Positions 37,210 through 47,358 are shown, counted from the first letter of the stretch. The stretch: DNA of 64,000 bases from an uncultured delta proteobacterium (GCA_963724765.1 CAVRVY010000002.1:352001-416000); one strand, 5' to 3'. The notes: a model not told the origin generated them from the letters alone. Program-made: numbers and translations.

Positions 37210-38547
37210 GTGGCTGAAACAGAATTTCGCGCCGCCCGGCCCGATGAACTCCCCGGGCATGAGGCATCTTCGTGGCGTCCGCGATGGCTCAATCGCAACC
37301 TGGTCTGCCTGTTCGCGGGACGCGGGCTGCGCAGCGCCTCACAGGCCTACCTGGTGATTGTGGTGCCGCTCTATCTCGCGGCGCTCGGCTACAACGCTAC
37401 GCATATCGGATTGATGTTCGCGATCGTGGCGATGGCCAGCGCCGTGATGGCCGCGCTCACCGGGATCATGTCGGACCGCTTCGGGCGCAAGGCGATGCTT
37501 ATCGTGATCTCGCTGATGACTGCGGCGGGCGGCGCGGTGTTCGCCTTCTCGACCAGCTTTGTTGTGCTGACGGTGGCCGCGGCCTTAGGCACGATCGGCC
37601 GCGGTGGCGGGGCCGGGAGCGCCGGCGCATTCGGTCCCTATTATCCCGCTGAGCAGCCGCTGATCGCCGAGCAGGTTTCCGACTTCGATCGCACCACGGT
37701 CTTCGGCGCGCTGTCATTCGTCGCGGTGCTCGGGGGCGCGGCCGGATCGCTGCTCGCATGGACGCCGCGGCTGATGCAACTGGGCTTCGGGTGGCCAATT
37801 GTCGAGGGCTACCGCGCGCTGTTCATCCTGACGGCCGCGCTTGGGCTCGCGATGGTGGCGGTGGTGATACCCGTGCGCGAGTATCACAGCGCACCGGGAG
37901 CGCCTCGGCACGAAAGGGCGCGGACCGGCCCACTGTTACTCGGGCTTTCGCGCGCTTCGTGGCGGCTGGTCTCGCGCTTCATGGTCACCGCCGCGACCAA
38001 TGGGCTTGCGATCGGGATGCTCGGGCCGCTGCTGGTCTACTGGTTCTACCGTCGCTTCGGGGTCGACGCGGCGGAAATCGGCAAGCTGTATTTCGTGCTC
38101 AACCTGGTCGCCGCCGCGCCCTACCTGCTGGCGGGGCGGATGGCCGCGCGGTTCGGCTCGGTGAAAGCGGTCGTTTTTTGCCGTGCGGTCGCCTCAGTAT
38201 TGCTCGGGGTGATGGTAGTGATGCCGAGCTTCTGGCTGGCGGGTCTGCTGTATGGCGCGCGGATGATTTTCAACACGCTCTCGATCCCGGTGCGCCAGTC
38301 ATTCCTGATGGGCGTGATTCCGCCCGCCGAGCGCTCCGCCGCGGCCGGGATGGCGAGCTTTCCCGCGCAGGTCGGCTCATCGATAAGCCCGTACATGGCA
38401 GGCTATCTGATGCAGCAGGTGTCGCTGGAGTTGCCGCTTGAACTGGCAGCGCTGCTCCAGGCGCTGAACGCGACGCTCTACTATTTCTTTTTTCGCGCGG
38501 TGCGGCCGCCCGAAGAAATCAGCGCCGACACCGGCGAGCGACTGTGA
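37210..38547 (+). CDS. Major facilitator superfamily transporter
   Basis: About 12 hydrophobic segments; motif A GIMSDRFGRK. Confidence 0.92.
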   Translation: MAETEFRAARPDELPGHEASSWRPRWLNRNLVCLFAGRGLRSASQAYLVIVVPLYLAALGYNATHIGLMFAIVAMASAVMAALTGIMSDRFGRKAMLIVISLMTAAGGAVFAFSTSFVVLTVAAALGTIGRGGGAGSAGAFGPYYPAEQPLIAEQVSDFDRTTVFGALSFVAVLGGAAGSLLAWTPRLMQLGFGWPIVEGYRALFILTAALGLAMVAVVIPVREYHSAPGAPRHERARTGPLLLGLSRASWRLVSRFMVTAATNGLAIGMLGPLLVYWFYRRFGVDAAEIGKLYFVLNLVAAAPYLLAGRMAARFGSVKAVVFCRAVASVLLGVMVVMPSFWLAGLLYGARMIFNTLSIPVRQSFLMGVIPPAERSAAAGMASFPAQVGSSISPYMAGYLMQQVSLELPLELAALLQALNATLYYFFFRAVRPPEEISADTGERL

Positions 38548-38651
38548 GCCATCCCGCCAGTGCCGGCACTGTTAGACCCGGTGGCCGACCATTCGGAGAT
38601 TAGTTGCCGTCTGTTCGAAGATTAATTGCTGGCTGTTCGAGAGTTGCCGAG

Positions 38652-38831
38652 TTACGCGGCCCAGCGAGGCGAACGATCACCAGATTGTGCCTTCACGTCA
38701 GACAGGTTCACTGCCAGTTCGGTGGCATCGCGCCTCTCGAAACGTCCGGGCTCAAGCAGATAGCCAAGGAATGATCCGATCACGGAGATGATCACGATAC
38801 CGAGCAGAAGCACTGGAACTGAATTAACCAT
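38652..38831 (-). CDS. 59-aa single-TM small protein (MVNSVPVLLLGIVIISVIGSFLGYLLEPGRFERRD...), absent from the ORF track
   Basis: Manual translation; GGGAGG RBS before ATG 38831; TAA at 38652-38654. Confidence 0.6.
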   Translation of the reverse strand: MVNSVPVLLLGIVIISVIGSFLGYLLEPGRFERRDATELAVNLSDVKAQSGDRSPRWAA

Positions 38832-38889
38832 TTTCGTCGCCTCCCTGTTGTATAACCCCGCGCCGACGCTGCCGTGAATCCGGATGCGC

Positions 38890-39114
38890 CTACGCCGCCT
38901 CGCGGTTTGCGCGCCGCGACACTATAGCGATCGAGCGCGTCGCTCGATTTTTCTCGCTCGCCGGCCGGCACGCGATCGCGCATACGGACGGCAGTCCGAA
39001 CATGCCCATCGGGTCGGCCCGCCGCGGATTGAAGATCGATCCGAACAGCACGACAGCCGCGCCGACGAGAATCAAACCCAAAGTAAACATCTGAATCAAA
39101 GCCCCGATAACCAC
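38890..39114 (-). CDS. About 74-aa small protein with an N-terminal hydrophobic helix
   Basis: Purine-rich RBS then GTG 39114; VIGALIQMFTLGLILVGAAVVLFGSIF segment; lies just downstream of the sigma54-type motif. Confidence 0.5.
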   Translation of the reverse strand: MVIGALIQMFTLGLILVGAAVVLFGSIFNPRRADPMGMFGLPSVCAIACRPASEKNRATRSIAIVSRRANREAA

Positions 39115-39154
39115 GAATCTCTTTCTCCCTCTTCCTCTGTTCGGTTGGAGATAC

Positions 39155-39170
39155 AGCATCGATCGTGCCA
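39155..39170 (-). promoter_or_regulatory. Sigma54 (-24/-12) promoter TGGCACG-ATCG-ATGCT
   Basis: One mismatch to TGGCACG-N4-TTGCW with correct GG-N10-GC spacing, 40 bp upstream of the small ORF. Confidence 0.65.
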
Positions 39171-39239
39171 TTCGCGCTGCTGCGGTGCAGATGTGGAAAA
39201 CCTCGAATTATGGCTAGATTTCGGGAGCGCGCGGGAATC

Positions 39240-39320
39240 GCGAATGCAGCCTGATGCATGCGAACCTTTGCGAAACGCGAATCAGATCGCGAAACGGGAA
39301 GGATCGCGAAGAATCGCGAA
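39240..39320. repeat. Seven GCGAA motifs (four as TCGCGAA), partly 10-bp phased; candidate enhancer-binding sites
   Basis: GCGAA at 39240, 39260, 39270, 39277, 39289, 39306, 39316. Confidence 0.45.
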
Positions 39321-39482
39321 TGCCAACAGCCTTTAGGCACTAAACTCATACGCCGCCGCCATCAACCTGTTACGGGCTCGTGATCGAGCCGCGCCAAGCC
39401 CACTGCACGCACATCGTTGAACAACGGACTCTTGATAGCCGAGCCGCCCTTGGCTGGACGCGGACGGCGCGGCGAGTAATTC

Positions 39483-41711
39483 TTGGCTGCCGAGGGCGGA
39501 GCGCGTTGCGCTCGCCAAGTGGGGCGGCAAGTGGCGGAAACGGGCGAGCAGATCGAACTTCTGATAGAGGGCACGCTGGACCAGCTGCTCTACGTCAACG
39601 AGCAGAGCGGCTATGCGGTCGCGGTGCTCGAGCGTAGCGATGAAGACCTGCGTCGCCGCGTTACCGTGGTCGGCAGCCTGGCCGGGCTCGACGTCGGCGC
39701 GGGCCTGCGCCTGCGCGGCCGCTTCGAGCGCCATCCCAAGTACGGCGAGCAATTCCGGGTCGAGGATTTCGAGACCGTTCGCCCGGCCTCGGTGGCCGCG
39801 CTCGAGCGCTACCTCGCCGGCGAGATAAAGGGTGTCGGACCCGCGCTCGCGCGGCGGATCGCTGAGCATTTCGGCGAGGCGCTGCCGGGCGTGCTCGACG
39901 AGACGCCCGAGCGCTTGCGCGAGGTGCGCGGCCTCGGCGCGGTGGTGGCCGCGCGAATCGCCGTGACGTGGCGCGATTCCTCGGGCCTCCGCGAGCTCAC
40001 GGTTTTTCTGCGGGGCAACGGGATCGCCGCCGGCCACGCCCGGCGCATCCACAAGATGTACGGGCGCGACTCGCTCGAGACGGTGCGGCGCGACCCCTAC
40101 GTGCTCGCACGCACCATCGCGGGCATCGGCTTTCGCACCGCCGACACGGTGGCCGAGAAACTCGGCATCCCCAAAAACTCGATCCAGCGCGCGCGCGCCG
40201 CGATGGTCTTCCTGCTCGAGCGGATGGCCGAAGAGGGTCACGTCTTCGCGCCCTTCGGCTATCTCGAACATCAGTTCGCCGCAGGGCTCGAGATGGACCC
40301 GCAGCTTGCCTCGCAGGCGGTCGAAGAGCTGGTCGAAACCGGCGAGCTGGTGGCGGAAGATCTCGGCGGCGACGGCAATCGCGCGATTTATTTGCGCCGC
40401 CTGCACGACGCCGAGACCGCGGTGGCGGAGCGGATGCGGCGGCTGACGCTGGGGCGTCCGATGGGCCGCGCGGTGGTCGAGCGCGCGATGGAAGCGGCCG
40501 GGAGCGCCGGCGGCGTCGAGCTCTCGGCCGAGCAGCGCTCGGCGCTCCGCTGCGCGTTGCAGAGCAAAGTCACCGTGATCACCGGTGGCCCCGGCACCGG
40601 CAAGACCACGCTCCTGCGCTCGCTGCTGGCGGCGCTTTCCAGCGCCGGCGTCAAGGCGACGCTCGCCGCGCCCACCGGACGCGCCGCGCGCCGGCTCGCG
40701 GAAGCCTGCGGACGCGAGGCCAAGACCATCCATCGCCTGCTCGAATACTCACCCGAGTCGGGCGGCTTCATCCGCGGCGAGGCTTTTCCGTTGCGCACCA
40801 CGTGGCTGGTCATCGACGAGGCCTCGATGATGGACCTCGAGCTCGCGGCGAGCCTTTTGGCGGCGCTGCCGCCCGATTGCTCGCTGCTGCTGGTCGGCGA
40901 CCGCGACCAGTTGCCCTCGGTCGGGCCGGGGAGCGTGCTCAAGGACGTAATCGCTTCGGGCTTGGTGCCGGTGGTCGAGCTGAGCCAGATCTATCGCCAG
41001 GCGCGCGCGAGCCTGATCGTCGCCAACGCGCATCGCCTGAACCGCGGCGAGATGCCCGAGACCGCCAACGATCCCGAGGGCGATTTCTTTTTCTTCGAAC
41101 GCGGCGCGCCGGAAGACGTCGTCGCGACCATCAAGCAACTGGTGCAGCATCGCCTCCTCGGCGATCGCTTCGAGCTGCGCGACCCGCGCGAAATCCAGGT
41201 GCTCGCGCCGATGAACCGCGGGCCGCTCGGCGCCCACGCGCTCAACCATGAGCTGCAAGGGCTGCTGAATCCGGCCGGGCATGAAATTCGCGCCGGCGAT
41301 CGGGCGCTCCGCGTGGGCGACCGCGTCATCCAGTTGCGCAACAACTACGACAAGCTGGTCTTCAACGGCGAGATCGGACGCATCGTGGCGGTCGATCCCG
41401 AGCGCGGCCGCGTCGGCGTGGCCTTCGAGGACAATCACGCGGAATACGATATCGCCGAGCTCGACGAGCTGGCGCTGGCCTACGCCATCTCGGTGCACAA
41501 GAGCCAGGGTAGCCAATACCCCGCAGTCGTCATCCCGCTCCATCCGAGTCACTACCTGATGCTGCGGCGCAACCTGCTCTATACGGCGATCACGCGCGCC
41601 GAGCGGGTGTGCGTGTTGGTCGGCACGCGGAGCGCGCTGATGCAGGCGGTACGCAACGTCGACGAGCGCCGCCGCTTCAGCCGCCTGGCCGACCGCCTGC
41701 GGATCGATTAG
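39483..41711 (+). CDS. recD2: ATP-dependent RecD-like DNA helicase (RecD2)
   Basis: HPKYGEQF, IKGVG HhH, ITGGPGTGKTT, APTGRAA, DEASM, GDRDQLPSVGPG, HKSQGSQY; the true start may be GTG 39531. Confidence 0.95.
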   Translation: MAAEGGARCARQVGRQVAETGEQIELLIEGTLDQLLYVNEQSGYAVAVLERSDEDLRRRVTVVGSLAGLDVGAGLRLRGRFERHPKYGEQFRVEDFETVRPASVAALERYLAGEIKGVGPALARRIAEHFGEALPGVLDETPERLREVRGLGAVVAARIAVTWRDSSGLRELTVFLRGNGIAAGHARRIHKMYGRDSLETVRRDPYVLARTIAGIGFRTADTVAEKLGIPKNSIQRARAAMVFLLERMAEEGHVFAPFGYLEHQFAAGLEMDPQLASQAVEELVETGELVAEDLGGDGNRAIYLRRLHDAETAVAERMRRLTLGRPMGRAVVERAMEAAGSAGGVELSAEQRSALRCALQSKVTVITGGPGTGKTTLLRSLLAALSSAGVKATLAAPTGRAARRLAEACGREAKTIHRLLEYSPESGGFIRGEAFPLRTTWLVIDEASMMDLELAASLLAALPPDCSLLLVGDRDQLPSVGPGSVLKDVIASGLVPVVELSQIYRQARASLIVANAHRLNRGEMPETANDPEGDFFFFERGAPEDVVATIKQLVQHRLLGDRFELRDPREIQVLAPMNRGPLGAHALNHELQGLLNPAGHEIRAGDRALRVGDRVIQLRNNYDKLVFNGEIGRIVAVDPERGRVGVAFEDNHAEYDIAELDELALAYAISVHKSQGSQYPAVVIPLHPSHYLMLRRNLLYTAITRAERVCVLVGTRSALMQAVRNVDERRRFSRLADRLRID

Positions 41712-41821
41712 GGCCGAGGTTACCGGGAGATTGCCGTCGTGCGGAACTCATGTTGAGATTCATCGAACCATTAAGCGAAAGCGACTTGCCTGAATCGGAT
41801 CGTCGGAGAAGGAATTCTTAG

Positions 41822-42771
41822 TTGAGCAGAACGAGCTTGTGCGTGTTGCTGATCCTTCTTGTTCTGCCGGGCGTTGCCAGGGCGCAGGTCGGTAAGCGCA
41901 ATTTCATCGAACCGCTGATTGTCGAGGACCCCAACCCCAGCAACGAAGTTGACCTGATTCCCAATTGGGTTGCGATCGCCAAGGGCAGCAACTTTTCGTT
42001 TAACTTCACCCTGGAGAAAACATTCAGCCAGAACTTCAGCATCGAACTCGGAAACGCCTGGAACGATCCTTCATGTAGTCCGGGTTTCATCTGCCTTGGC
42101 GCGGGCTCCGGCCGCCGTGGCCGGTCTCGCCATGTGCAAGCGAATTCAAATAACCTCTCGCAGCAACTGCTCACCGGCTTCGATGACCTGGAAGTTCTGC
42201 CAAAATATGCCTTTTATCGCTCCGATGAGCATGAAACGCGACTGGCAATCGGACTGGATACCTTTCTCCCGATCGGCAACAAGACTGCCGGCGGCACCAC
42301 CCACGCCTCCATTTGCCCCATTTTCATGTTCGCCAGGGGCTTGGGCGACATCCCCAACCAAGGCTTCGAAAAATACTTGCGCCCGCTGGCGGTTCAGGGC
42401 GAGCTTGCCTATTTGATCAAGACCAGCGGTCAGCAGAATGACGACGCGATCGCGGACTGGAATATCTCCTATGAGCTTTCCTACCTGACGGACAATGTCG
42501 ACGACTTCGGCCTACCCGCAATCATCAACAATCTCGCGCCGTTCGCTGAATTCAGCTACGAGCAAATCGTGAATGGGCCGCAGGGTGGAACTCAACCTGA
42601 TCTCTAGTGCTGCCGGGGCTGGCCTATGTCGCCGTAGCCTACCAGGTCAGTCTCGCCACCGAATTTGCGCTCAATGAGGCCTCTATTTACAATTGTCATG
42701 GCGCTGTCTTCGGCATGCTAAGCCTGACGCTGGATCAGTTGTTTTCGGAAGCCGGCCAGACCCTGTTCTGA
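41822..42771 (+). CDS. Exported, probable outer-membrane beta-barrel protein; frameshift at about 42605
   Basis: Signal peptide (...VARA|Q) and alternating beta-strand pattern; after the TAG at 42605-42607 the shifted frame continues VLPGLAYV...YQVSLATEFAL...GQTLF to TGA 42771, ending in Phe. Confidence 0.6.
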
Positions 42772-42961
42772 ATTGAGTATTGCGACGGCTCGCGCGGATC
42801 GCGGCATCGACGTCGTAGCTCGCAGCCTCTCTACGAGGCGTGTCCAGCAGGTAGTGCGGTCGGGTGGCGTAGCGGCGGCGCGGGCTTCCCAGTTGTACCG
42901 AATTTGCCGGCGCCACTTTCGGCTTCCGGAATCGCCTCTCCTTCGCCGCGAGGCCCGGTGC

Positions 42962-43456
42962 TCAGCGAGAAGCGGCCGCTTCGCGCGGCGGCCGGCGGCG
43001 CGCGCCGCGCTCCAGACCGAGCGCGGCCAGCGCGTCGAGAATCGCCGCGGCTTCGGCGCGAATCGCGTCGAAGTCGCCGCCGCGTTCGGCTACGATGCGC
43101 GCGACCTCGGCGGTCGTGCGTGCGTAGTCGTTCTTGAAGCGGCGGTTAAGCTCCTTCCACGGAATCCCGGCCAGCGCCCGCGTCGCCTCGGCGGTCGCGT
43201 GCAGAATCCCGCGCGCCATCAGCACCGCGATCGCCGGATAGCCGAGGTAGCCCTGCCAGTATGAGGCATTGTCATTGGAACTGATCTCCCGGCCGTCAGC
43301 CGAGACCTCGACGCGATACTTCTTGGCGCCGTCGGACGAGACGACAGCCCATGTGCCCGGCGCATCGCTATCATCGATAACCCGAACGCGTCCGTCGCCG
43401 ATCGCACCGATCGCCTCGTAAATCTTGATCGGCGGCGGCATCTCCCATTTTTTCAA
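42962..43456 (-). CDS. Hypothetical protein
   Basis: Protein-like composition and motif SNDNASYWQGYLGYPAIA; GGAG RBS before a TTG start. Confidence 0.75.
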   Translation of the reverse strand: MKKWEMPPPIKIYEAIGAIGDGRVRVIDDSDAPGTWAVVSSDGAKKYRVEVSADGREISSNDNASYWQGYLGYPAIAVLMARGILHATAEATRALAGIPWKELNRRFKNDYARTTAEVARIVAERGGDFDAIRAEAAAILDALAALGLERGARRRPPREAAASR

Positions 43457-43510
43457 TTTTTCACTGACACTCCCCGCGCTACTCCGCTCTCGGCGCTGGA
43501 GGCCTTCGTA

Positions 43511-43981
43511 TCACTTCTTGTTGAGCCGCAGACCCGGTACGACCTTCTCCCATTCGGGATCGGCCGACAGCGTCGGATAGCCCGCGCCAATCTGGATCAA
43601 CACGCCGTTGGACGAGCGCGGCGAGATAAAGGCCTCGTAAGAGTCCGGCGAATGTTCCTTTTCTTGCACAACTCGCACTCCGGACGCCTTCAGTTCAGCG
43701 ATGCGCGCTTTGGTGTCCGGAACGTCGAAGGTGACGTGGTGAAAGCCTTCCCCATGCTCGGCAATGAACTTGTGCATGAATGAGTCCTCGCCCAGTGGCT
43801 CGAGCAACTCGATTATCGTGCCGGCGAGGTCGAATTCGGCGAAGCGGAAACCTGCCTCGCGGCGTTCATAGTCGTACATGAAAGTTGCGCCGAGCGTTCC
43901 TTCCCAGAACTTGCGCGCCTCCGCGATGCTTTTGACCGCGATTCCGATGTGATCGAGTTTTCCGATTGGCTGCTTGCTCAT
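43511..43981 (-). CDS. VOC-family protein, methylmalonyl-CoA epimerase-like
   Basis: LDHIGIAV, IELLEP, GEGFHHV, FISPRSSNGVLIQ. Confidence 0.85.
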   Translation of the reverse strand: MSKQPIGKLDHIGIAVKSIAEARKFWEGTLGATFMYDYERREAGFRFAEFDLAGTIIELLEPLGEDSFMHKFIAEHGEGFHHVTFDVPDTKARIAELKASGVRVVQEKEHSPDSYEAFISPRSSNGVLIQIGAGYPTLSADPEWEKVVPGLRLNKK

Positions 43982-44032
43982 CGTTTAACCAAATCTCCCA
44001 TTTATCTCAGCCCGTAATCTCGACCCGTCGTC

Positions 44033-44383
44033 TCAACCCTTCATCGGCACTTCCTCGGTCACCATGAAGATGCAGTTGGCGAGGTCGAGGAACTTGTGCT
44101 CGTCGGGCCGAACGATTTCGAGATAGCGCGGCTCGGCGAACGCTTTCTTCACTTCGTCGAGGTTGTCGGCCCACAGTTCCGCGACGCCGTCGTACGCTCC
44201 CGACCCGCCCGGCGTGTCGGACAAACCGGTGTCGATAGCATGGCTTTGGACGTACTTGCGAAAATGGCGCATCATTTCCGGCACGCTCAGCACCAGCGGC
44301 CCGTGCACATCTCTCCAGTAGCGATGGAATTCCTGCGCGCCCATCCCGGCCTTGCGTTTGACTATCACTGCGACCTTTACCAT
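44033..44383 (-). CDS. EthD-family protein
   Basis: KRKAGM...EFHRYWRDVHGPL, YVQSH, YDGVAELW, PDEHKFLD; ATG 44383. Confidence 0.88.
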   Translation of the reverse strand: MVKVAVIVKRKAGMGAQEFHRYWRDVHGPLVLSVPEMMRHFRKYVQSHAIDTGLSDTPGGSGAYDGVAELWADNLDEVKKAFAEPRYLEIVRPDEHKFLDLANCIFMVTEEVPMKG

Positions 44384-44585
44384 CGGAGCATCCTCCATCG
44401 TTTCGAGAGTGAAAGTTGAATTTTCGACTTGTGGCTTCCTTAGCACACAATCGGACCAACCGTGGCGCGGGGGCCGAGCGCGTAGAGCTTCGCTTGGAGC
44501 CCACTACAACTCGCCTCTGCTATCTGGCACGATTGCTTGAAGCCAACGCGATGAACATCGTCTGACCTGATAGATGCCGCAATAG

Positions 44586-46250
44586 ATGAAGGACCTGATC
44601 GTATCCATTCTTAAAGCCGCTATCGAGCGCGCGCGCGCCGCCGGCCAACTCACCGCCGCGCCGCCCATCGCCGCAAGCGTCGAGGCGCCCAAGGACCCGG
44701 CCCACGGCGACGCGGCGAGCAACCTCGCGCTGGTGATGGCGCGCGGTGAGAAAAAACCGCCGCGCGCGATCGCCGAGATCATCCGCGCCAACCTGGAACT
44801 CCCGCCCGAAGTTGCGGAGGCGAACGTGGCCGGCGCGGGGTTCATCAATTTCCGGATGGCGCCGGCGTTCTGGCATGGCGAGTTGCGCCGCGCCGCGGCC
44901 GCAGGCGAGCGCTTCTGGCGTCCGCAAATCGGCGACGGGCGCAAGGTGCAGGTGGAGTTTCTCTCGGCCAATCCCACCGGGCCGCTAACCGTCGGCCACG
45001 GGCGCAATGCCGTGCTCGGCGACACGCTCGCGCGGATGCACGAGGCAAGCGGCTTCGTCGTCACGCGCGAGTACTATTTCAACAACGGCGGGCGCCAGAT
45101 GAAGCTGCTCGGCGAATCGGTGCGCGCGCGCTATCTCGAAGAGATCAACCGCCCCGCGACGATGCCCGAGGACGGCTACCAGGGCGAATACATCCGCGAC
45201 ATCGCACGCGAGCTGGTGAAGCGCCATAGCGAGGCGCTCGCCGACGCGGCCGAACTGGAAGTTTTTCGCGCACCGGCCGAGGAGGCGATCTTCGCCGACA
45301 TCCGTCGCACCTGCGAGCGCCTGGGCATCCGCTTCGACGTTTACACCAACGAACTCGACCTCATCCGCGGCGGCCAGGTCGACGCGGTGATCGAGGGCTT
45401 GCGCGAACGCGGCCTTATCGCCGAGTACGACGGCGCGGTGTGGCTCAAGGGCGAGCCGTTGGGCCTGCCCAAGGATCGCGTGCTGGTGCGCTCGGGACCT
45501 GGGCGCGAGCCGACCTACCGCACCCCCGACATCGCTTATCATATAGAGAAGCTGCGGCGCGGCTTCGACAGCGTGATCGACGTCTTCGGCGCCGACCATA
45601 TCGCGGAGCATCAGGGCGTGCTGGCGGCGGTCAAGGCGCTCGGCCACGACGTGACGCCGATTCACGCGATTATCTACCAGTTCGTGACGCTCACGCGCGC
45701 CGGCGAAAAGGTCAAAATGTCCACGCGCAAGGCGACCTACGTCACGCTCGACGAACTGATCGACGAGGTCGGCGCGGACGTGGTGCGGTTTTTTTTCCTG
45801 TTTCGCAAGCACGACAGCCATCTCGACTTCGACCTCGACCTGGCCAAGCGTCAGGCGCCCGAGAACCCGGTCTTTTACGTGCAGTACGCGCACGCGCGCC
45901 TGGCCAGCGTCTTTCGCGAGGCGGACAAGAAGGGGGTCGGCTTGCCTGCGGAAGTCTCTTCAGTCGATCTCGCGCCGCTCTCGGAGGAGGAGATCGGGCT
46001 TGCACGCAAGCTGATCGCGCTGCCCGAAGTTATCAGCGGCGCGGTCGAGAGCCTCGAGCCGCATCGCGTGCCGTTCTATCTGCTGGAATTGGCGGGCGAT
46101 TTTCACCGCTACTACAACAAGCCGTCGAATCGTATAATAAGTGAACAACGCGAACTGAGCCTCGCGCGGCTGTTTCTGGCGCGGTTGTTGATGGATGGGA
46201 TCAAAAGCGGGCTCAACCTGTTGGGCGTAAGTGCTCCCGATCGCATGTAA
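44586..46250 (+). CDS. argS: Arginine--tRNA ligase
   Basis: VEFLSANPTGPLTVGHGR, FGADH, KMSTRKA, NPVFYVQYAHAR, GVSAPDRM. Confidence 0.98.
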   Translation: MKDLIVSILKAAIERARAAGQLTAAPPIAASVEAPKDPAHGDAASNLALVMARGEKKPPRAIAEIIRANLELPPEVAEANVAGAGFINFRMAPAFWHGELRRAAAAGERFWRPQIGDGRKVQVEFLSANPTGPLTVGHGRNAVLGDTLARMHEASGFVVTREYYFNNGGRQMKLLGESVRARYLEEINRPATMPEDGYQGEYIRDIARELVKRHSEALADAAELEVFRAPAEEAIFADIRRTCERLGIRFDVYTNELDLIRGGQVDAVIEGLRERGLIAEYDGAVWLKGEPLGLPKDRVLVRSGPGREPTYRTPDIAYHIEKLRRGFDSVIDVFGADHIAEHQGVLAAVKALGHDVTPIHAIIYQFVTLTRAGEKVKMSTRKATYVTLDELIDEVGADVVRFFFLFRKHDSHLDFDLDLAKRQAPENPVFYVQYAHARLASVFREADKKGVGLPAEVSSVDLAPLSEEEIGLARKLIALPEVISGAVESLEPHRVPFYLLELAGDFHRYYNKPSNRIISEQRELSLARLFLARLLMDGIKSGLNLLGVSAPDRM

Positions 46251-46340
46251 GATGGATCAGGGCTCGGTAGGAAGACTTGAGGAAGAAGACCTGGGCAAGA
46301 CTCGGTGAAAAAAAGACTCGAGCGGATGTGAGTAGGACGC

Positions 46341-47174
46341 ATGCGTTTTGAAATCGGACCGGGCGGGGGATTTGTCATCCTGGTGGGATTGGTGGGACTT
46401 TCGGCCGCCGTGTTTTTCCTGGGAATGATTTCCGGGCGCGAGATGGCGCAAAGCGAGCAGGGCCAGTCCCAGCTCGCGAGCGTCTATCCGATGCCTGCCG
46501 GCGCTCCCTCTACCGCGCCGCCACAAGTCGCCACGCCACCGTCTCAAGCCGCCGCGCCCGCCGCGCCGCCGCCTGCCGCTGCGGCTGCCGTCGCTACGCC
46601 CAGGCAGCCGAATGCGCACAAGGCGCCGGCCCGTCCAACGCTGGCAAGCGTCCCACCGCCGCATCGATCCGCGCCTGCGGCTGAAGAATCGGACGACGAT
46701 TCTTCAGCTCCGTCGGGTTCTTCAGCTTCGTCAAATGAAGCGGATACCGGCTCAGACGAGGGCGCGCCCAGCACTCCGGCGCCGAGCGCTCGGACTCGCG
46801 GCAAGGGATACAACATCGTGATCGACGCCGCGATGGACCGTGCGGCGGCAAATCGGATGGCGTCGCGGCTGCTCGGACTCGGCTACACCTCGCATATTAT
46901 GCCGACGCAAATTAACGGTCAGACGTGGTATCGTGTGCAGGTCGGGCCATATCCATCCCCGGACGACGCGCGCGCCGCACAGGCGCAATTGCGTGCAGCC
47001 TACACCGCCCGCTACGTCAACCGCGCGGGCGCGTCGAGCACGGGGACAGCCAGCGGCGGCGCAGCCGGCGCGGGCTCCGCCACTGACACTGACACGAGCG
47101 ATTCCGGCGCGGCGGATACGGGCTCGGATGACAGCGGCGGCGGAGATTCCGGGTCGCAGGCGCCCACGGATTGA
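46341..47174 (+). CDS. SPOR-domain cell-division protein (N-terminal TM, low-complexity linker)
   Basis: WYRVQVGPY...A SPOR motif; common argS-SPOR synteny. Confidence 0.85.
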   Translation: MRFEIGPGGGFVILVGLVGLSAAVFFLGMISGREMAQSEQGQSQLASVYPMPAGAPSTAPPQVATPPSQAAAPAAPPPAAAAAVATPRQPNAHKAPARPTLASVPPPHRSAPAAEESDDDSSAPSGSSASSNEADTGSDEGAPSTPAPSARTRGKGYNIVIDAAMDRAAANRMASRLLGLGYTSHIMPTQINGQTWYRVQVGPYPSPDDARAAQAQLRAAYTARYVNRAGASSTGTASGGAAGAGSATDTDTSDSGAADTGSDDSGGGDSGSQAPTD

Positions 47175-47199
47175 CAATCCGTGCGGCGGCTGGCTAACT
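47171..47199 (+). promoter_or_regulatory. Candidate trp promoter TTGACA-N17-CTAACT
   Basis: Perfect -35 hexamer, 17-bp spacer and weak -10, directly before the leader. Confidence 0.4.
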
Positions 47200-47214
47200 G
47201 AAAAGGAGATGGAA

Positions 47215-47292
47215 ATGATGACCCTGAAGCTCAAGGCCGTATCGCGCTGGTGGTGGCACACCATCGCGCTCGCCTGCGCTCCGGGATCGTAA
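47215..47292 (+). CDS. trpL: trp operon leader peptide MMTLKLKAVSRWWWHTIALACAPGS
   Basis: AAGGAG RBS 47203-47208; three tandem TGG codons 47248-47256; followed by a terminator and trpE. Confidence 0.9.
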   Translation: MMTLKLKAVSRWWWHTIALACAPGS

Positions 47293-47314
47293 TTTAACGA
47301 TCAGCAGGGTTGTT

Positions 47315-47358
47315 GAAGGGGCCGCGGGCGAGAAGTCCGGCGGCCCTTTTCTTTTTTT
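47315..47358 (+). terminator. Attenuator (rho-independent terminator) of the trp leader
   Basis: GAAGGGGCCGC-GGGC / GTCC-G-GCGGCCCTTTT stem with a T-rich tail extending to about 47386. Confidence 0.88.

Noticed and set aside
44525-44541. Sigma54-like TGGCACGATTGCTTGAA upstream of argS
   Set aside because: No GC at the -12 position with the required GG-N10-GC spacing
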